Shown here piece after piece: positions 27,469-37,200 of a stretch of DNA of 64,000 nucleotides. The DNA is taken from the sequence record LC819006.1, one strand, 5' to 3'. Numbering within the stretch: position 1 is the first letter of the stretch; each line of letters begins with the position of its first letter. Under the pieces are notes generated by a model. That model was not told the origin of the DNA and did not search any database. It worked only from the letters and a program-made list of their open reading frames with translations. The position numbers and the translations under genes were made by a program.

Positions 27469-28758
27469 TTACGAAGGCTGGCGCATCACGCCGACCATCA
27501 CGTAGTTGTTGTTGCCATCGATGATGGCTTGGTTCGTACCGAGCTGGTTCGACACGAGGACATAGGCGTAGACCAGTTGGCCATTGACCGTGCCCTTGTA
27601 AGCCTTGTAGTGAACCACGCCACCGTCAACAGGCTTGCCTGCCGAGGTGAATGCCGGGAACAGAGCCGTATCGTTTTCGCCGTTCGAATACTGGACATTG
27701 CCCGAAGCGTCCCACGTAGCGACGTCCTTCGTTGCGCAGTCTTGGTATTCGTCGAATTGCTTGCCGGCGAGTTCCGTCGGGTCGGTGACTTCCGTCAGGT
27801 CGCTGGATGCGAACACGTACTGACCCATCGACTTACCAGCGTTCGAAGCGCACAGCATGCCCACACGGTTGCCCAGAGTGGAGATGACGCCCGTGAACGA
27901 ACCCGCATCGGTGAACGACGTCACATTGCCGTTTGCGTCGATGCTGGCCTTAGCCGACAGCGAACCGCGATTCGGGTCAGTGATAGCGATGCCGAACGTG
28001 TTGTCCAGGTTGATTGCCGAACCGATGTTGAACGAAGTCATGTTCGGGGTGGTGAATGCCGCAGCCGTGAACGCTTGCTTGGTGAGAGCCGTGTCCGCAG
28101 TTGCAACCTTCGCCGACACATCTGCCTGAGTCAGACCGGCGGCTTTCAAAGCCGTCGCGTACTGGTCGAGCAGCGCGTCGTTTGCGTCACCCTTCACAGC
28201 ACCGAAGGTGGAGTTGATGGGGTTGAAGTCCGAAGCCAGTTGCAGCTGGCCCGGCAGCGTAGCGATTGCAGCCTTGACCTTCGTGAGCGAAGTAGCGAGC
28301 TTGTCCGCGGTGATGTTACCCGAGAGCGAGCCTGCCGTTGCGCTGTTGAAGAAGGTTGCCGGGTCCTGACCTGCCATCGCGCCGACCATCGCATCCGTCA
28401 GCGGAGTGATGTTCGAAGTACCCGGAGCCGGAGCTACCGAATACAATGCGTTTTGAAGGGCCTGGCCGTTCGCCTGACCGCCTGCGACCTGCAAGGCACA
28501 CGGATAGTCGTCCGCGCTTGCCGTGACCGTGTAGAGGCCGTTTGCGTCGGTCGTAGCGGTATGCGTATCGCCCGTCACGCACTTGAACGTGACGGTGCCG
28601 CCCACGATGGGCGCGCCGATTGCAGCCGTACCACGAGTGACGACTTGAGGTTGTTGATTAGCAGTGCTCGAAGGGCTGTTCGAACCACCACCACCGCCGC
28701 CACAGGCGGACAGAACGAGTGCCGATGCGATGATAGCGGCGATTTGAATCTTTTTCAT
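27469..28758 (-). CDS. Host-like outer-membrane lipoprotein
   Basis: Lipobox LSAC (Cys19), Gly/Ser linker, GTAAIGAPIVGGTV..ATTDANGLYTV beta-sandwich start and NITPLTD. Confidence 0.8.
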   Translation of the reverse strand: MKKIQIAAIIASALVLSACGGGGGGSNSPSSTANQQPQVVTRGTAAIGAPIVGGTVTFKCVTGDTHTATTDANGLYTVTASADDYPCALQVAGGQANGQALQNALYSVAPAPGTSNITPLTDAMVGAMAGQDPATFFNSATAGSLSGNITADKLATSLTKVKAAIATLPGQLQLASDFNPINSTFGAVKGDANDALLDQYATALKAAGLTQADVSAKVATADTALTKQAFTAAAFTTPNMTSFNIGSAINLDNTFGIAITDPNRGSLSAKASIDANGNVTSFTDAGSFTGVISTLGNRVGMLCASNAGKSMGQYVFASSDLTEVTDPTELAGKQFDEYQDCATKDVATWDASGNVQYSNGENDTALFPAFTSAGKPVDGGVVHYKAYKGTVNGQLVYAYVLVSNQLGTNQAIIDGNNNYVMVGVMRQPS

Positions 28759-28842
28759 TTTCTACGGTCCTTTTCTTATTACGAAAAAAGCGGGCCTACC
28801 CTCGCAGGCCCTGTTGTCAAAAAGTTTTACTGCTACTGCTAG

Positions 28843-29628
28843 TTACGACGACTTCTTGTCATCGGGCTGATTCAGTTCATGAGCCCGACGTTCTGCATGA
28901 CGACGTTCCTGACGACGGCTTTGATGGCCGGTAACACCTGCCGATTGAAACGCCTTCTGCATCTGGTTGCTACCCATCTCGACTTCACGACCCGGTTCGC
29001 CAACAGAACCAGCCGCTTCGACGATATGGCTCGGCGCCAATACTTCAGCCGTCGGCGATTCGACTTCGCGGTCTTGCTGCTTGCGCTCCGCCGCACGAGT
29101 ACCCGAATGCCACATCCAGTGCATCTGGTTGTCGCTCTTGTTGACCACAGCCGTTGCCGGCGTGTGATCGTCTTCCTTCGGGTCGATCGGGCGGAAGCCG
29201 AAGATACGATCGATGACCTTCAGGTCGGTCGTCGTAGGCGTGAGGATGTTCAGTTCACGAAGGATGTCTTCGCTGGTGGCCTTGACGCCATGAACATTGA
29301 GCCACGGACCGATCGAGTAGTACACTGCGATCAGATCCTGGCCGAACGCCTTGACCCAGTACCACTTGTTGAAGTCCGGATCGTTGATGATCACGAACTT
29401 GTCCTGCATGAGCTTCTCGGCGAGATGCGTGGCCAGAGCCGGCACCTTCATCGAGATGCGTTTGTCGTTGCCTGCGGCGCCGTCGAGATACAGACTCGCG
29501 TAGGCGGTCATCAGCATGTCGAGGCTGAGGTCTTTCGGTTCCAGCTGCGTGACACGCATGACTTGTTTCGTGCGGTTGATCAGATAGCCGGATTTGTTTG
29601 CGCTTTGCATGTTGTTCTCCTTGAACAA
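28843..29628 (-). CDS. Hypothetical protein with a disordered charged C-terminus
   Basis: Phage-like codon usage; no recognised domain; true start may be MQSANK (about 29610). Confidence 0.65.
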   Translation of the reverse strand: MFKENNMQSANKSGYLINRTKQVMRVTQLEPKDLSLDMLMTAYASLYLDGAAGNDKRISMKVPALATHLAEKLMQDKFVIINDPDFNKWYWVKAFGQDLIAVYYSIGPWLNVHGVKATSEDILRELNILTPTTTDLKVIDRIFGFRPIDPKEDDHTPATAVVNKSDNQMHWMWHSGTRAAERKQQDREVESPTAEVLAPSHIVEAAGSVGEPGREVEMGSNQMQKAFQSAGVTGHQSRRQERRHAERRAHELNQPDDKKSS

Positions 29629-29684
29629 TTTTTGCCAAAAAAGATTTGATTGTAGAGCCGAGGCCGGTAAAACAGAAACCCATA

Positions 29685-29718
29685 CATAGCTCCTGAGCCC
29701 GAAGGCTCAGGAGCTATG
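29685..29718. terminator. 15-bp hairpin
   Basis: CATAGCTCCTGAGCC-cgaa-GGCTCAGGAGCTATG. Confidence 0.6.
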
Positions 29719-29743
29719 CTGGGGGTGCTTCTAACGGACCGAA

Positions 29744-30253
29744 TTACTTCGAGCCGAACGCCGACGTGAACGTCGTGTTGATGGTGTCGCGCAGCTTGCT
29801 GAGATCGCCGCGGCTGTTCTTCGCGCCGTAGGTCGCGAACTTGATGTTGGTCTGGCCGTAGACGTCCTTCTCGCCGTCGACGACGAAGTTGCCCGTTTCC
29901 TTGTCGAGGACGCGGTTCGGGACACGCTTGTGACGCTCGAACGAAACGTCGAGCACGCTGCGGCCGAGTTCGAACGACAGTGCTGCCGTGCCGAGATCCT
30001 TCGTTTCCTTGAAGCGGCGTTCGACGGCTTTCGCGCCGGCGTCGGTCGAACCGAGGATGAAGTCGCTCACGTAGTTCTGGTCGTCGATCATCTGATCGAC
30101 ATTGCGACCGTCTTCGGTCGCGATTTCGCGGAACACGGACTTCTGCAGATCCTTGTCGAGATTGCCCGACGTGTCGACCTTGCCGTCGATCTTGGCGAAG
30201 AGGCGATCCGAGATCGATTGTGCACGCGTGTTCAGCTTGAATTGTTCGCTCAT
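29744..30253 (-). CDS. Hypothetical protein, probably highly expressed
   Basis: AAGGA RBS; codons almost all C/G-ending. Confidence 0.75.
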   Translation of the reverse strand: MSEQFKLNTRAQSISDRLFAKIDGKVDTSGNLDKDLQKSVFREIATEDGRNVDQMIDDQNYVSDFILGSTDAGAKAVERRFKETKDLGTAALSFELGRSVLDVSFERHKRVPNRVLDKETGNFVVDGEKDVYGQTNIKFATYGAKNSRGDLSKLRDTINTTFTSAFGSK

Positions 30254-30319
30254 CGCGATGATTCCTTTTTAGAAAGAAGAGTTACTACGTTTAAAAGAGA
30301 CTACGTTTTCAGCCGCTAG

Positions 30320-30769
30320 TTAATACGAGCGACCACCGGGCTTGCGGTTGTTATTGTTATAACCACCACTGCCTTGATACTTCGGCCGATCCCCGTAAGA
30401 CTTCGGAGGATACGACCGCACTTCTTGCACCGGCACCGAAATGGGTTGCGGCGGCGGAGCAACGTACGGCTTGGCTTGGTTCAGGTTGTACTTCGTGATG
30501 AACTTCGCCTTGAAACCTTGTGACAGCACCGGACCGTTTTCCGGCATGAACACGAGAACGTACTTGCCTTCGCGTTGCGTCACGATCGGCTTCTTGTACT
30601 TCTCGTGCCAGTCAGCAGGCAGCTGCGACTGATCGAACGTCGTGTCATGGAACGCCGAATTGGGTTCGATGTACGTATCGTTCGATTTACCGACGGCCTT
30701 TTCGAGACCTTCGATTGTGTATTCGTTGTCCAGGAATTTGATAGTCCTGGAGTTCGCACCATTGGTCAT
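30320..30769 (-). CDS. Hypothetical protein with a Pro/Gly/Asn/Arg/Tyr-rich tail
   Basis: GAGGA RBS; C-terminus YGDRPKYQGSGGYNNNNRKPGGRSY. Confidence 0.7.
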   Translation of the reverse strand: MTNGANSRTIKFLDNEYTIEGLEKAVGKSNDTYIEPNSAFHDTTFDQSQLPADWHEKYKKPIVTQREGKYVLVFMPENGPVLSQGFKAKFITKYNLNQAKPYVAPPPQPISVPVQEVRSYPPKSYGDRPKYQGSGGYNNNNRKPGGRSY

Positions 30770-30884
30770 TTGATCCTCAATTGTAAAATTGACCTGTGAC
30801 TCATCTCTAAATCAGAGAGAGCGCTAGTAACTTTTTATAAGTTTGAAGCAGGATTATCAAAGTTTACTCAGGAAACTCATGTGT

Positions 30885-30900
30885 GTAATATGTGGTTGAA
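30885..30900 (-). promoter_or_regulatory. Early-promoter-like motif heading the 27.5-30.8 kb accessory block
   Basis: Minus strand TTCAACCACATATTAC. Confidence 0.55.
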
Positions 30901-30915
30901 AATAAATAGAAAGCA

Positions 30916-30948
30916 TAATTCACAGGGGCTTGTGGCCCCTGTGAATTA
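30916..30948. terminator. Hairpin downstream of the protease gene
   Basis: TAATTCACAGGGGC/GCCCCTGTGAATTA, a 14-bp stem. Confidence 0.6.
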
Positions 30949-30957
30949 GCGGTCTGA

Positions 30958-31740
30958 TTACAACTTCTTGGTGTTGATCAGTTCGAAGAAGTTACGCTTC
31001 GCTTGTGGCGTGTCGCGCACTTCCCAACCCAATGCACCCATGAGTGCATCGAGCGGAACGGATACCGATTCGTTCGAACCGGGACGTTGACGGATGTTGC
31101 GTGCCGATTGACGAACCGCGCCTTCCGTGAAGATCTTGCTGGAGTGAGCTTCCAGCGACGGCGAGTCGTACTTCGTGGCCATGGCGATGCCAGGCTCGTT
31201 CACGTAGTCGAACGTGACGACGTGTTTCATCTCCTTGATGATCCGGCCACCGACGCGATGAGGCATCGAGAAGCAACGAATCGAGAAGCACACGTTTTCA
31301 CTGCCGTTGTTGATCTGCTTGTCCAGTGCATCACCATACGGACCGGACGGAGCCACCGCAGACATGATGCCCACGATAGGACGGCCTTGACCATCCTTGT
31401 AGTGATCGAAGTCCAGGTAGATCTTCTTGTGATGACAGCAAGCCGACTTTTCGTCGATGCGCAGGAGACGTTCAACGAACTTGTCGTCCGATTGACCCGT
31501 TTCCTGATTGGGGTGGCCATACTCACCACGCAATACGCCCTTCGATGCCATGCGAACGAGATCGCTCGCTTCGGTGAAGAACTTCTTGCCGTAGTTGTAG
31601 TCGTAGAACTCACCCTTGTTGTTTGTCATGTTCAGGGCGCCCACGATCATGTCGTAGTACCCGTCACTGTTTTTCTTGAGCGTGCCGGCAGCGTTCCGAC
31701 CATTCAGAACCTGACAGCTAAACTCCACGGCGCCTTGCAT
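30958..31740 (-). CDS. Prohead (head maturation) protease, phiKZ gp175-like
   Basis: GYYDMIVGALN, LRGEYGHP (catalytic His), FSIRCFS (Ser), TFDYVNEPGI (Asp); C-terminal PSLE/A candidate autocleavage site. Confidence 0.88.
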   Translation of the reverse strand: MQGAVEFSCQVLNGRNAAGTLKKNSDGYYDMIVGALNMTNNKGEFYDYNYGKKFFTEASDLVRMASKGVLRGEYGHPNQETGQSDDKFVERLLRIDEKSACCHHKKIYLDFDHYKDGQGRPIVGIMSAVAPSGPYGDALDKQINNGSENVCFSIRCFSMPHRVGGRIIKEMKHVVTFDYVNEPGIAMATKYDSPSLEAHSSKIFTEGAVRQSARNIRQRPGSNESVSVPLDALMGALGWEVRDTPQAKRNFFELINTKKL

Positions 31741-31761
31741 CTTTAACCTCTTTGCGAAAAA

Positions 31762-32484
31762 TTACATACGGAGATATTCTTCGATTTGCTCGACACGCTC
31801 CGAGGGATTATTCAGCGCAGCGATAATACCCCGTTGCTGATACGAACCCGCGATACGGGTAAGTGTCGAGCTGGCCGAGTACTCGATGGTACGAATCGAA
31901 GTCGGCACAGATTCTTTTTCGGTGAGGTCGGCTACCGTCTTGACTTCATGGCGGAAGTACTTCGACCGGTCTTTCGCAAGACGCGTGTTCGTTGCCACAA
32001 TCAGTTCAGTAATTTCACACTGTTCCGTGATGTTCGTGCCGGCGTGTTTCACAGCCGAATCGAACACCTTGCAGCGGTCCAGGTAATTCATGAACCAGGG
32101 CACACGAGCCTTAGCGATGATCTCGGTAAAGATGTGGTAAACGAGACCACTGTTCTTCACGAGGTCCATGCTCGGACACACAACCGTGTTTTTGTCGAAG
32201 TTGTAGAGGACATAGATGTCCCCATCGACGTCAACTTCCGAAATGGATGTCGGCGTCAGCGGAATGAACGCATTCGTCATGGTGATGAAGTAGCGGTTGC
32301 CCACAATCCATGCACAAATGCCGATGGTCTTGTTCTCGGAACCAACAGTCGCAAGCTTCACTTCGACGAAACGTTTGGGGATCATGATCGAGCAAGCATC
32401 TGCTGCCATGAGAGCCCCAGTCTTCGTCGTAACGAAACTACGCTTCGCGACTTCCGGGTCACGAGTGAGTTTCGTGACGTCCAT
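31762..32484 (-). CDS. Conserved core protein (phiKZ gp176-like)
   Basis: Synteny; IIAKARVPWFMNY and STLTRIAGSY..GIIAAL motifs. Confidence 0.7.
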   Translation of the reverse strand: MDVTKLTRDPEVAKRSFVTTKTGALMAADACSIMIPKRFVEVKLATVGSENKTIGICAWIVGNRYFITMTNAFIPLTPTSISEVDVDGDIYVLYNFDKNTVVCPSMDLVKNSGLVYHIFTEIIAKARVPWFMNYLDRCKVFDSAVKHAGTNITEQCEITELIVATNTRLAKDRSKYFRHEVKTVADLTEKESVPTSIRTIEYSASSTLTRIAGSYQQRGIIAALNNPSERVEQIEEYLRM

Positions 32485-33917
32485 CAGGCGATTTCGATCT
32501 GGTCAGCGAACCAGTCCGCGACGTAGTCGACCACAGCCAGGTTCAGCGCGTCTTCCGTCGAGATGTCGCTATTCGCAGCCATCGCTTCGTTCACGCCGCG
32601 CAGGATACAGATTGCGTCGGTGTGATTGAACATCGTCAGGCACACGGCCTTCATCGCGAGGATGTCGATGTCCTTCAGTTCCGGATTGTAGACGCGGGAG
32701 ATGAACTCTTCTGCGTTGTCCAGAATGCGGTTGACGTTGGCGCGAATGACTTCGTCATCCGTCGTACGAACGTAATGACGGATGTATTCGCCGATAGCAC
32801 GACGCACGGAGATCAGCATACCGCTTTCCGTGTTCTGCTTGGCGAGCGTGACCTGGTAGGCCCACGCCTGCTTGTACTTTTCCGTACCAGCGACGATGTC
32901 TTCGAGATAGGTCTTGCGGTCGCCCGAGATTGCAGCACCCAGAACCGTCTCGACGTCGCCACCTTCTTCCATGTAGCGATCGTACACCGACTTGTTGACG
33001 AACACGGTCTTGTTGTCGACCTTTTCGATCAGCTTGCCGTGCTTCATCTGCTGGTTGTTGTACTCCATCGCGATGTAGAGCGCCGAGCCCGTGACTTCCA
33101 CGAGGTTCTTCAGAGCGTAGGTGTACTTCGAGCTCGACAGCCCGTTCACGCCCGTACCCGTCGGAACGCCTTCACCGCCAGCGAGCAGGCGATCTGCGAA
33201 CAGGAAGGTCGCGAAGTTGCGAGCCGTACCCTTGACACGATCGACGCGGAATTCGTCGTACGTCTTGAACGTGGTCGCCTGATGAGCGAACACAACGTTC
33301 CAGACTTCGCGGATGAGTTCGATGCCTTCGTTGGCCACGAACTGGTCGACGGCCGTGTCGTAAGCTTCCGCACCGATCTTCAGCAGACCGAGCAACTGCT
33401 CGTCCGTGAGTTCCGGATAGTCCAGTACCAGCACCTGGTTGTCTTGCGGCTTGATCGAGGCAAACTCTTCGAGCTTGTTCACAATAGCCGGAACGTCGAA
33501 CAGGGGCGAGCCCGTGACCATTTCGATCGTGTAGCTGCGAACGCCCGTACGCTCGTCGATGTCCAGGACTTCTTTGAGCTTGTTGTGTAGTTCATGCACA
33601 GCCGGAATGACGACGGTCGTAGCAAATGCCACGTGACCAGCCAGAGCCGTACCCAGCGCCGAGGACGCCGATTCCATGTAGCAGTCGTGCACGTGTTCCT
33701 GCACTTCGCCATTGACGATCTGCGTTTCGTTGCCGTTGTAGATCTGTGCCGGCAGGCCGTCGATCTCGCTCAGGCAGCTGATTGCGCTACCCCAGATGTG
33801 GGTGGCAGCCAGCGCTTCTTCGATCGGCGAACCGGCTTTCGGACGCAACGACACGCCCTTGTCGGCGAGAACCGCCACGAGGTCTTTCGAGGAGTTCAGT
33901 GCTTCGAGAGTCAGCAT
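32484..33917 (-). CDS. Conserved virion protein (phiKZ gp177-like)
   Basis: 477 aa, synteny between protease and RNAP beta, strong codon bias. Confidence 0.68.
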   Translation of the reverse strand: MLTLEALNSSKDLVAVLADKGVSLRPKAGSPIEEALAATHIWGSAISCLSEIDGLPAQIYNGNETQIVNGEVQEHVHDCYMESASSALGTALAGHVAFATTVVIPAVHELHNKLKEVLDIDERTGVRSYTIEMVTGSPLFDVPAIVNKLEEFASIKPQDNQVLVLDYPELTDEQLLGLLKIGAEAYDTAVDQFVANEGIELIREVWNVVFAHQATTFKTYDEFRVDRVKGTARNFATFLFADRLLAGGEGVPTGTGVNGLSSSKYTYALKNLVEVTGSALYIAMEYNNQQMKHGKLIEKVDNKTVFVNKSVYDRYMEEGGDVETVLGAAISGDRKTYLEDIVAGTEKYKQAWAYQVTLAKQNTESGMLISVRRAIGEYIRHYVRTTDDEVIRANVNRILDNAEEFISRVYNPELKDIDILAMKAVCLTMFNHTDAICILRGVNEAMAANSDISTEDALNLAVVDYVADWFADQIEIA

Positions 33918-33930
33918 GATTTTTGATTCC

Positions 33931-34203
33931 TTACTTGGCGATGACGTTGGGGTTCACGGCACCGCTTTGGTGTTCGCCAGTACGCACCGACTTGTTGAAC
34001 TGACCGCTCGGCATGTTACGCAGAGCGCCTTCGAGCTTCTTGTGGACCTTCATCATGAAGACGCGGTACACGGTGTCACGTGCTGCCGGCTGGCCGAAGA
34101 AGTTGCGCACGTTCTCGTTGGTCATCATCGATGCCACGGTGTTACGCGTCAACTCGGCGCCGTTGGCCAGAATGGCCATGTTGGTTTGCGGAGCGGATTG
34201 CAT
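33931..34203 (-). CDS. Small hypothetical protein
   Basis: Start MQSAPQ (ATG 34203) after an ACAGGAA RBS. Confidence 0.6.
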   Translation of the reverse strand: MQSAPQTNMAILANGAELTRNTVASMMTNENVRNFFGQPAARDTVYRVFMMKVHKKLEGALRNMPSGQFNKSVRTGEHQSGAVNPNVIAK

Positions 34204-34245
34204 AATTGTTCCTGTTAAAAAAGATGCTGATTTCTCGACAGACAT

Positions 34246-34274
34246 AAATGGGTGAGGACTCGCCTCACCCATTT
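34246..34274 (-). terminator. Hairpin downstream of RNAP beta
   Basis: AAATGGGTGAGG/CCTCACCCATTT stem; TATG follows on the minus strand. Confidence 0.55.
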
Positions 34275-34285
34275 TTCGTTTCAGA

Positions 34286-37200
34286 TTACGAGTCGTATGC
34301 AGCCACTACAAGCTCTGCGCCCTTCATCAGAATGGCAGTGGTCGTGCCAACGATGTCAGGCGAATTCACAATACGACGTGCAATCGACGTGTAGCTGAAC
34401 CGACCGAGGATCTTCGTGCCATCCTCAGCCTTCATGGGTTCCTTGATGACCTTGCCGATAATCGACTTCAGCTGGTTCACCAGCACGATCTTGTCACCCA
34501 CGCCAGCAGGTTCCGGCCCAGTAATGTAGATTCGGATTGCAACAGAATCCAGAGGAATCGAATTCCCCTTGACCTTGAAGCCCTCATCCACTTCACCGGT
34601 AACAACCTTCTTCCCGGCCGACTTCCGACGGTGGCCAATCTCGCGGTCAGACGCAGCAACAATCTTCTTGATGCTGTCGGACATGTCCTCTTTGTCGCCG
34701 CGATAGAACACCTCGATGCGTTCAACAACGCCGTCGTATTTCGCTTTCGGAGCTTGAGAGCCGAGGGCTTTCAAACTATCAATGTCCGCCTCATCATAGA
34801 GATCGAGACCGGAAGTGATCTCGTCCTGAATGATCATCAGAACATCGTCGTATTTGACTGCTTCACCGACTTTGATCAGGCGAGCAATCGCCTGTTTGAA
34901 CGACACGATAATCGTCCGCTGTTTTGTCTGTTCCGTCATCAGCATGTCCGCAAGTTCTTGCGAGATCACGCTAGCATCTTCAATCACGTCAGCAGGTTCG
35001 CACAAAGCGAAGTGAGCGTAGGTGCCATTACACCACACCACCTGACGGGGGTTCAGAGTGTCGGGTTTGAAGAAGCCCTTGTTGAAGGTAATTGCATCGC
35101 CTTCAATGAACTTCGTACCAACTTTGAGATTGGTTACCAGGGTATGCGGAATCGTCATACCGGCGTTCTCGCCGTATTGTCGTCCCAGCGGATAACCCTT
35201 GGTTGTTCCGTCTTCGTACTGGACAGTAATGCCGTGATCGGTAACTTCCGTCACCTTGCCTTTTTGCTTGGCAGTCACTGCAAAGAGTTCGCTCGCACGA
35301 TGAGGAATCACGCGATCGTATCCAGTCGACAGGATGTTTTCCATCTGACCGGTCACTGCCACGCCATGCTCATGCTGAATGGAAATAAAGCCCATCCGCT
35401 TCATGTCGTCACGGGTAGCACCAGGAGAAGCCAGAACACTCGACGAGAAGATGGAACTCATGGCGAGATCCTTCTTGTCGGGTTCAACCGGCATACCCAG
35501 CGTGTTGGTCAGCTGAGGATTCGGTGCGAGATAGGTATTGATGCCCACTTCACCAGAGTCCTTCGTAGCTTCAGAGATGATGCCGATGTCGTTCTTCCCG
35601 TATTCACGGGTAGCGGCTGTCATGGTGTCTTTCGAGCGACCACCAGCGCCTGTGAACGTAACTTCCTCGCGCATCTTCAGGTTTGCGATCGGATTGATGT
35701 CCTTCACCACGACGATTGACGGATCTTCCGCCAATGCTTGCCAGATGGCAAAAGGTTTCATCTCAATCGGATAACGGCTCTTGCCCGGACGACCGTTGTG
35801 AGCTCGCATGGAGCGCACCAGTTCCTGATAAACCGCACCTGCGATTCGTTCGTAACCCTTGATGCGCATTTCGCTCATGTCGAGTTCCGGACGATGCATG
35901 TCGTCCAGGAGCAGTTCCGTCGCAAAGACCAGAATGCCCATGAAGTCAGTCGGTTCTTTCAGGTGGAGCAGCACATCCTTGGTAATCGGATCGACAAACA
36001 TGTCGCGAGCCAAGGTGATCTCACGCAAAACGCGAGTGCCGCCACCCGTCGTATCCAGAACGTTCTGATAAACGCCCGGATGATCGAAGTCCGTGATCGA
36101 GAAACCACGAATGATCCGACGGAATTCCTGGAAGCCGCCCAAGAGCAGGCAGGCAAGACGATCGTTCTTGGAGAAGAGCAACGTTTCGTCACTAAACACC
36201 AGAGCGACTTCGTCAGGCTGTTGTTGAGTACGCGTACCAACCGGCACACGACGGGTCTTGATCTTCAGACGCTTGATGAGTTCAGTCAGACCGTAATCCC
36301 AAGCGAGAATCATGCCGATCGGCACGTATTTCCCAGCTATCTTGATCTCGACGAATTCAGCAGGCATACCGGACATATCGAGCCCGAGTATTTCTTCCAT
36401 CTCGCCCAGAGGCTTAACCGTTTCACCTTGAATCAGGTAGAACGAATCGCCTTCGTAGTAGATGATCTTGCGTTTGTCGGAGATGGCGATCGGAACAAAG
36501 CCCTTCTTGATCCAGGGACCGACCACTTCCATGTTGAAGTTATCTTCGATCTTCGAGAGATCGAGATGGAAAACGAACTTTTCCTTTTCCACATTCTGCA
36601 ACGTGAACTCTTTGATCTGGTGCGCAAGCGCCGACACAGAGCGAGGAGCCTTGATGTTCATGTGGAAGACGTTTGCAGTCTTGATATCCGTCACCACGTC
36701 GATCGAGTTATCGAAACCCAAGGACATGACTTCATTGATCAGCCATTGCTGGTAATCATTGACGGCTTTGCGGCTACGGTAGATGAAGAACTTGCCGTAG
36801 TAGCTCGTGATTGCAACGCGGTTCGGTGCCACCTTACGGATCGGGAAGTCGCCGCGTTGATTACGCATTGCATACTTCACGCCGTTGGCGGTGTACGTAC
36901 CGTCTTCGTTGATTTCCGGGATAGGGAAACGCAGCGTGGTCGGCGCGCCTTCAACAGGCACGATACGAGCCACGAAGTTCTGGTTCGTACCCTGAATCGT
37001 CTCGGTCTTTTCGACTTCGAGATGATCCAGCATAACGTTCGCGCTCTGAACGTGGGTGATCATCCTGAGGATGTGTTTGGGCAGCGTGTGCTTGATGTAT
37101 TTCTGCTGACTCACTTCGATCGAGGAGTGCAGCATCGAACCATCGACGACCACTGCATTGGGTGCAGCGATGTGTTTGGTGTCGACATGAAGCTCATGCG

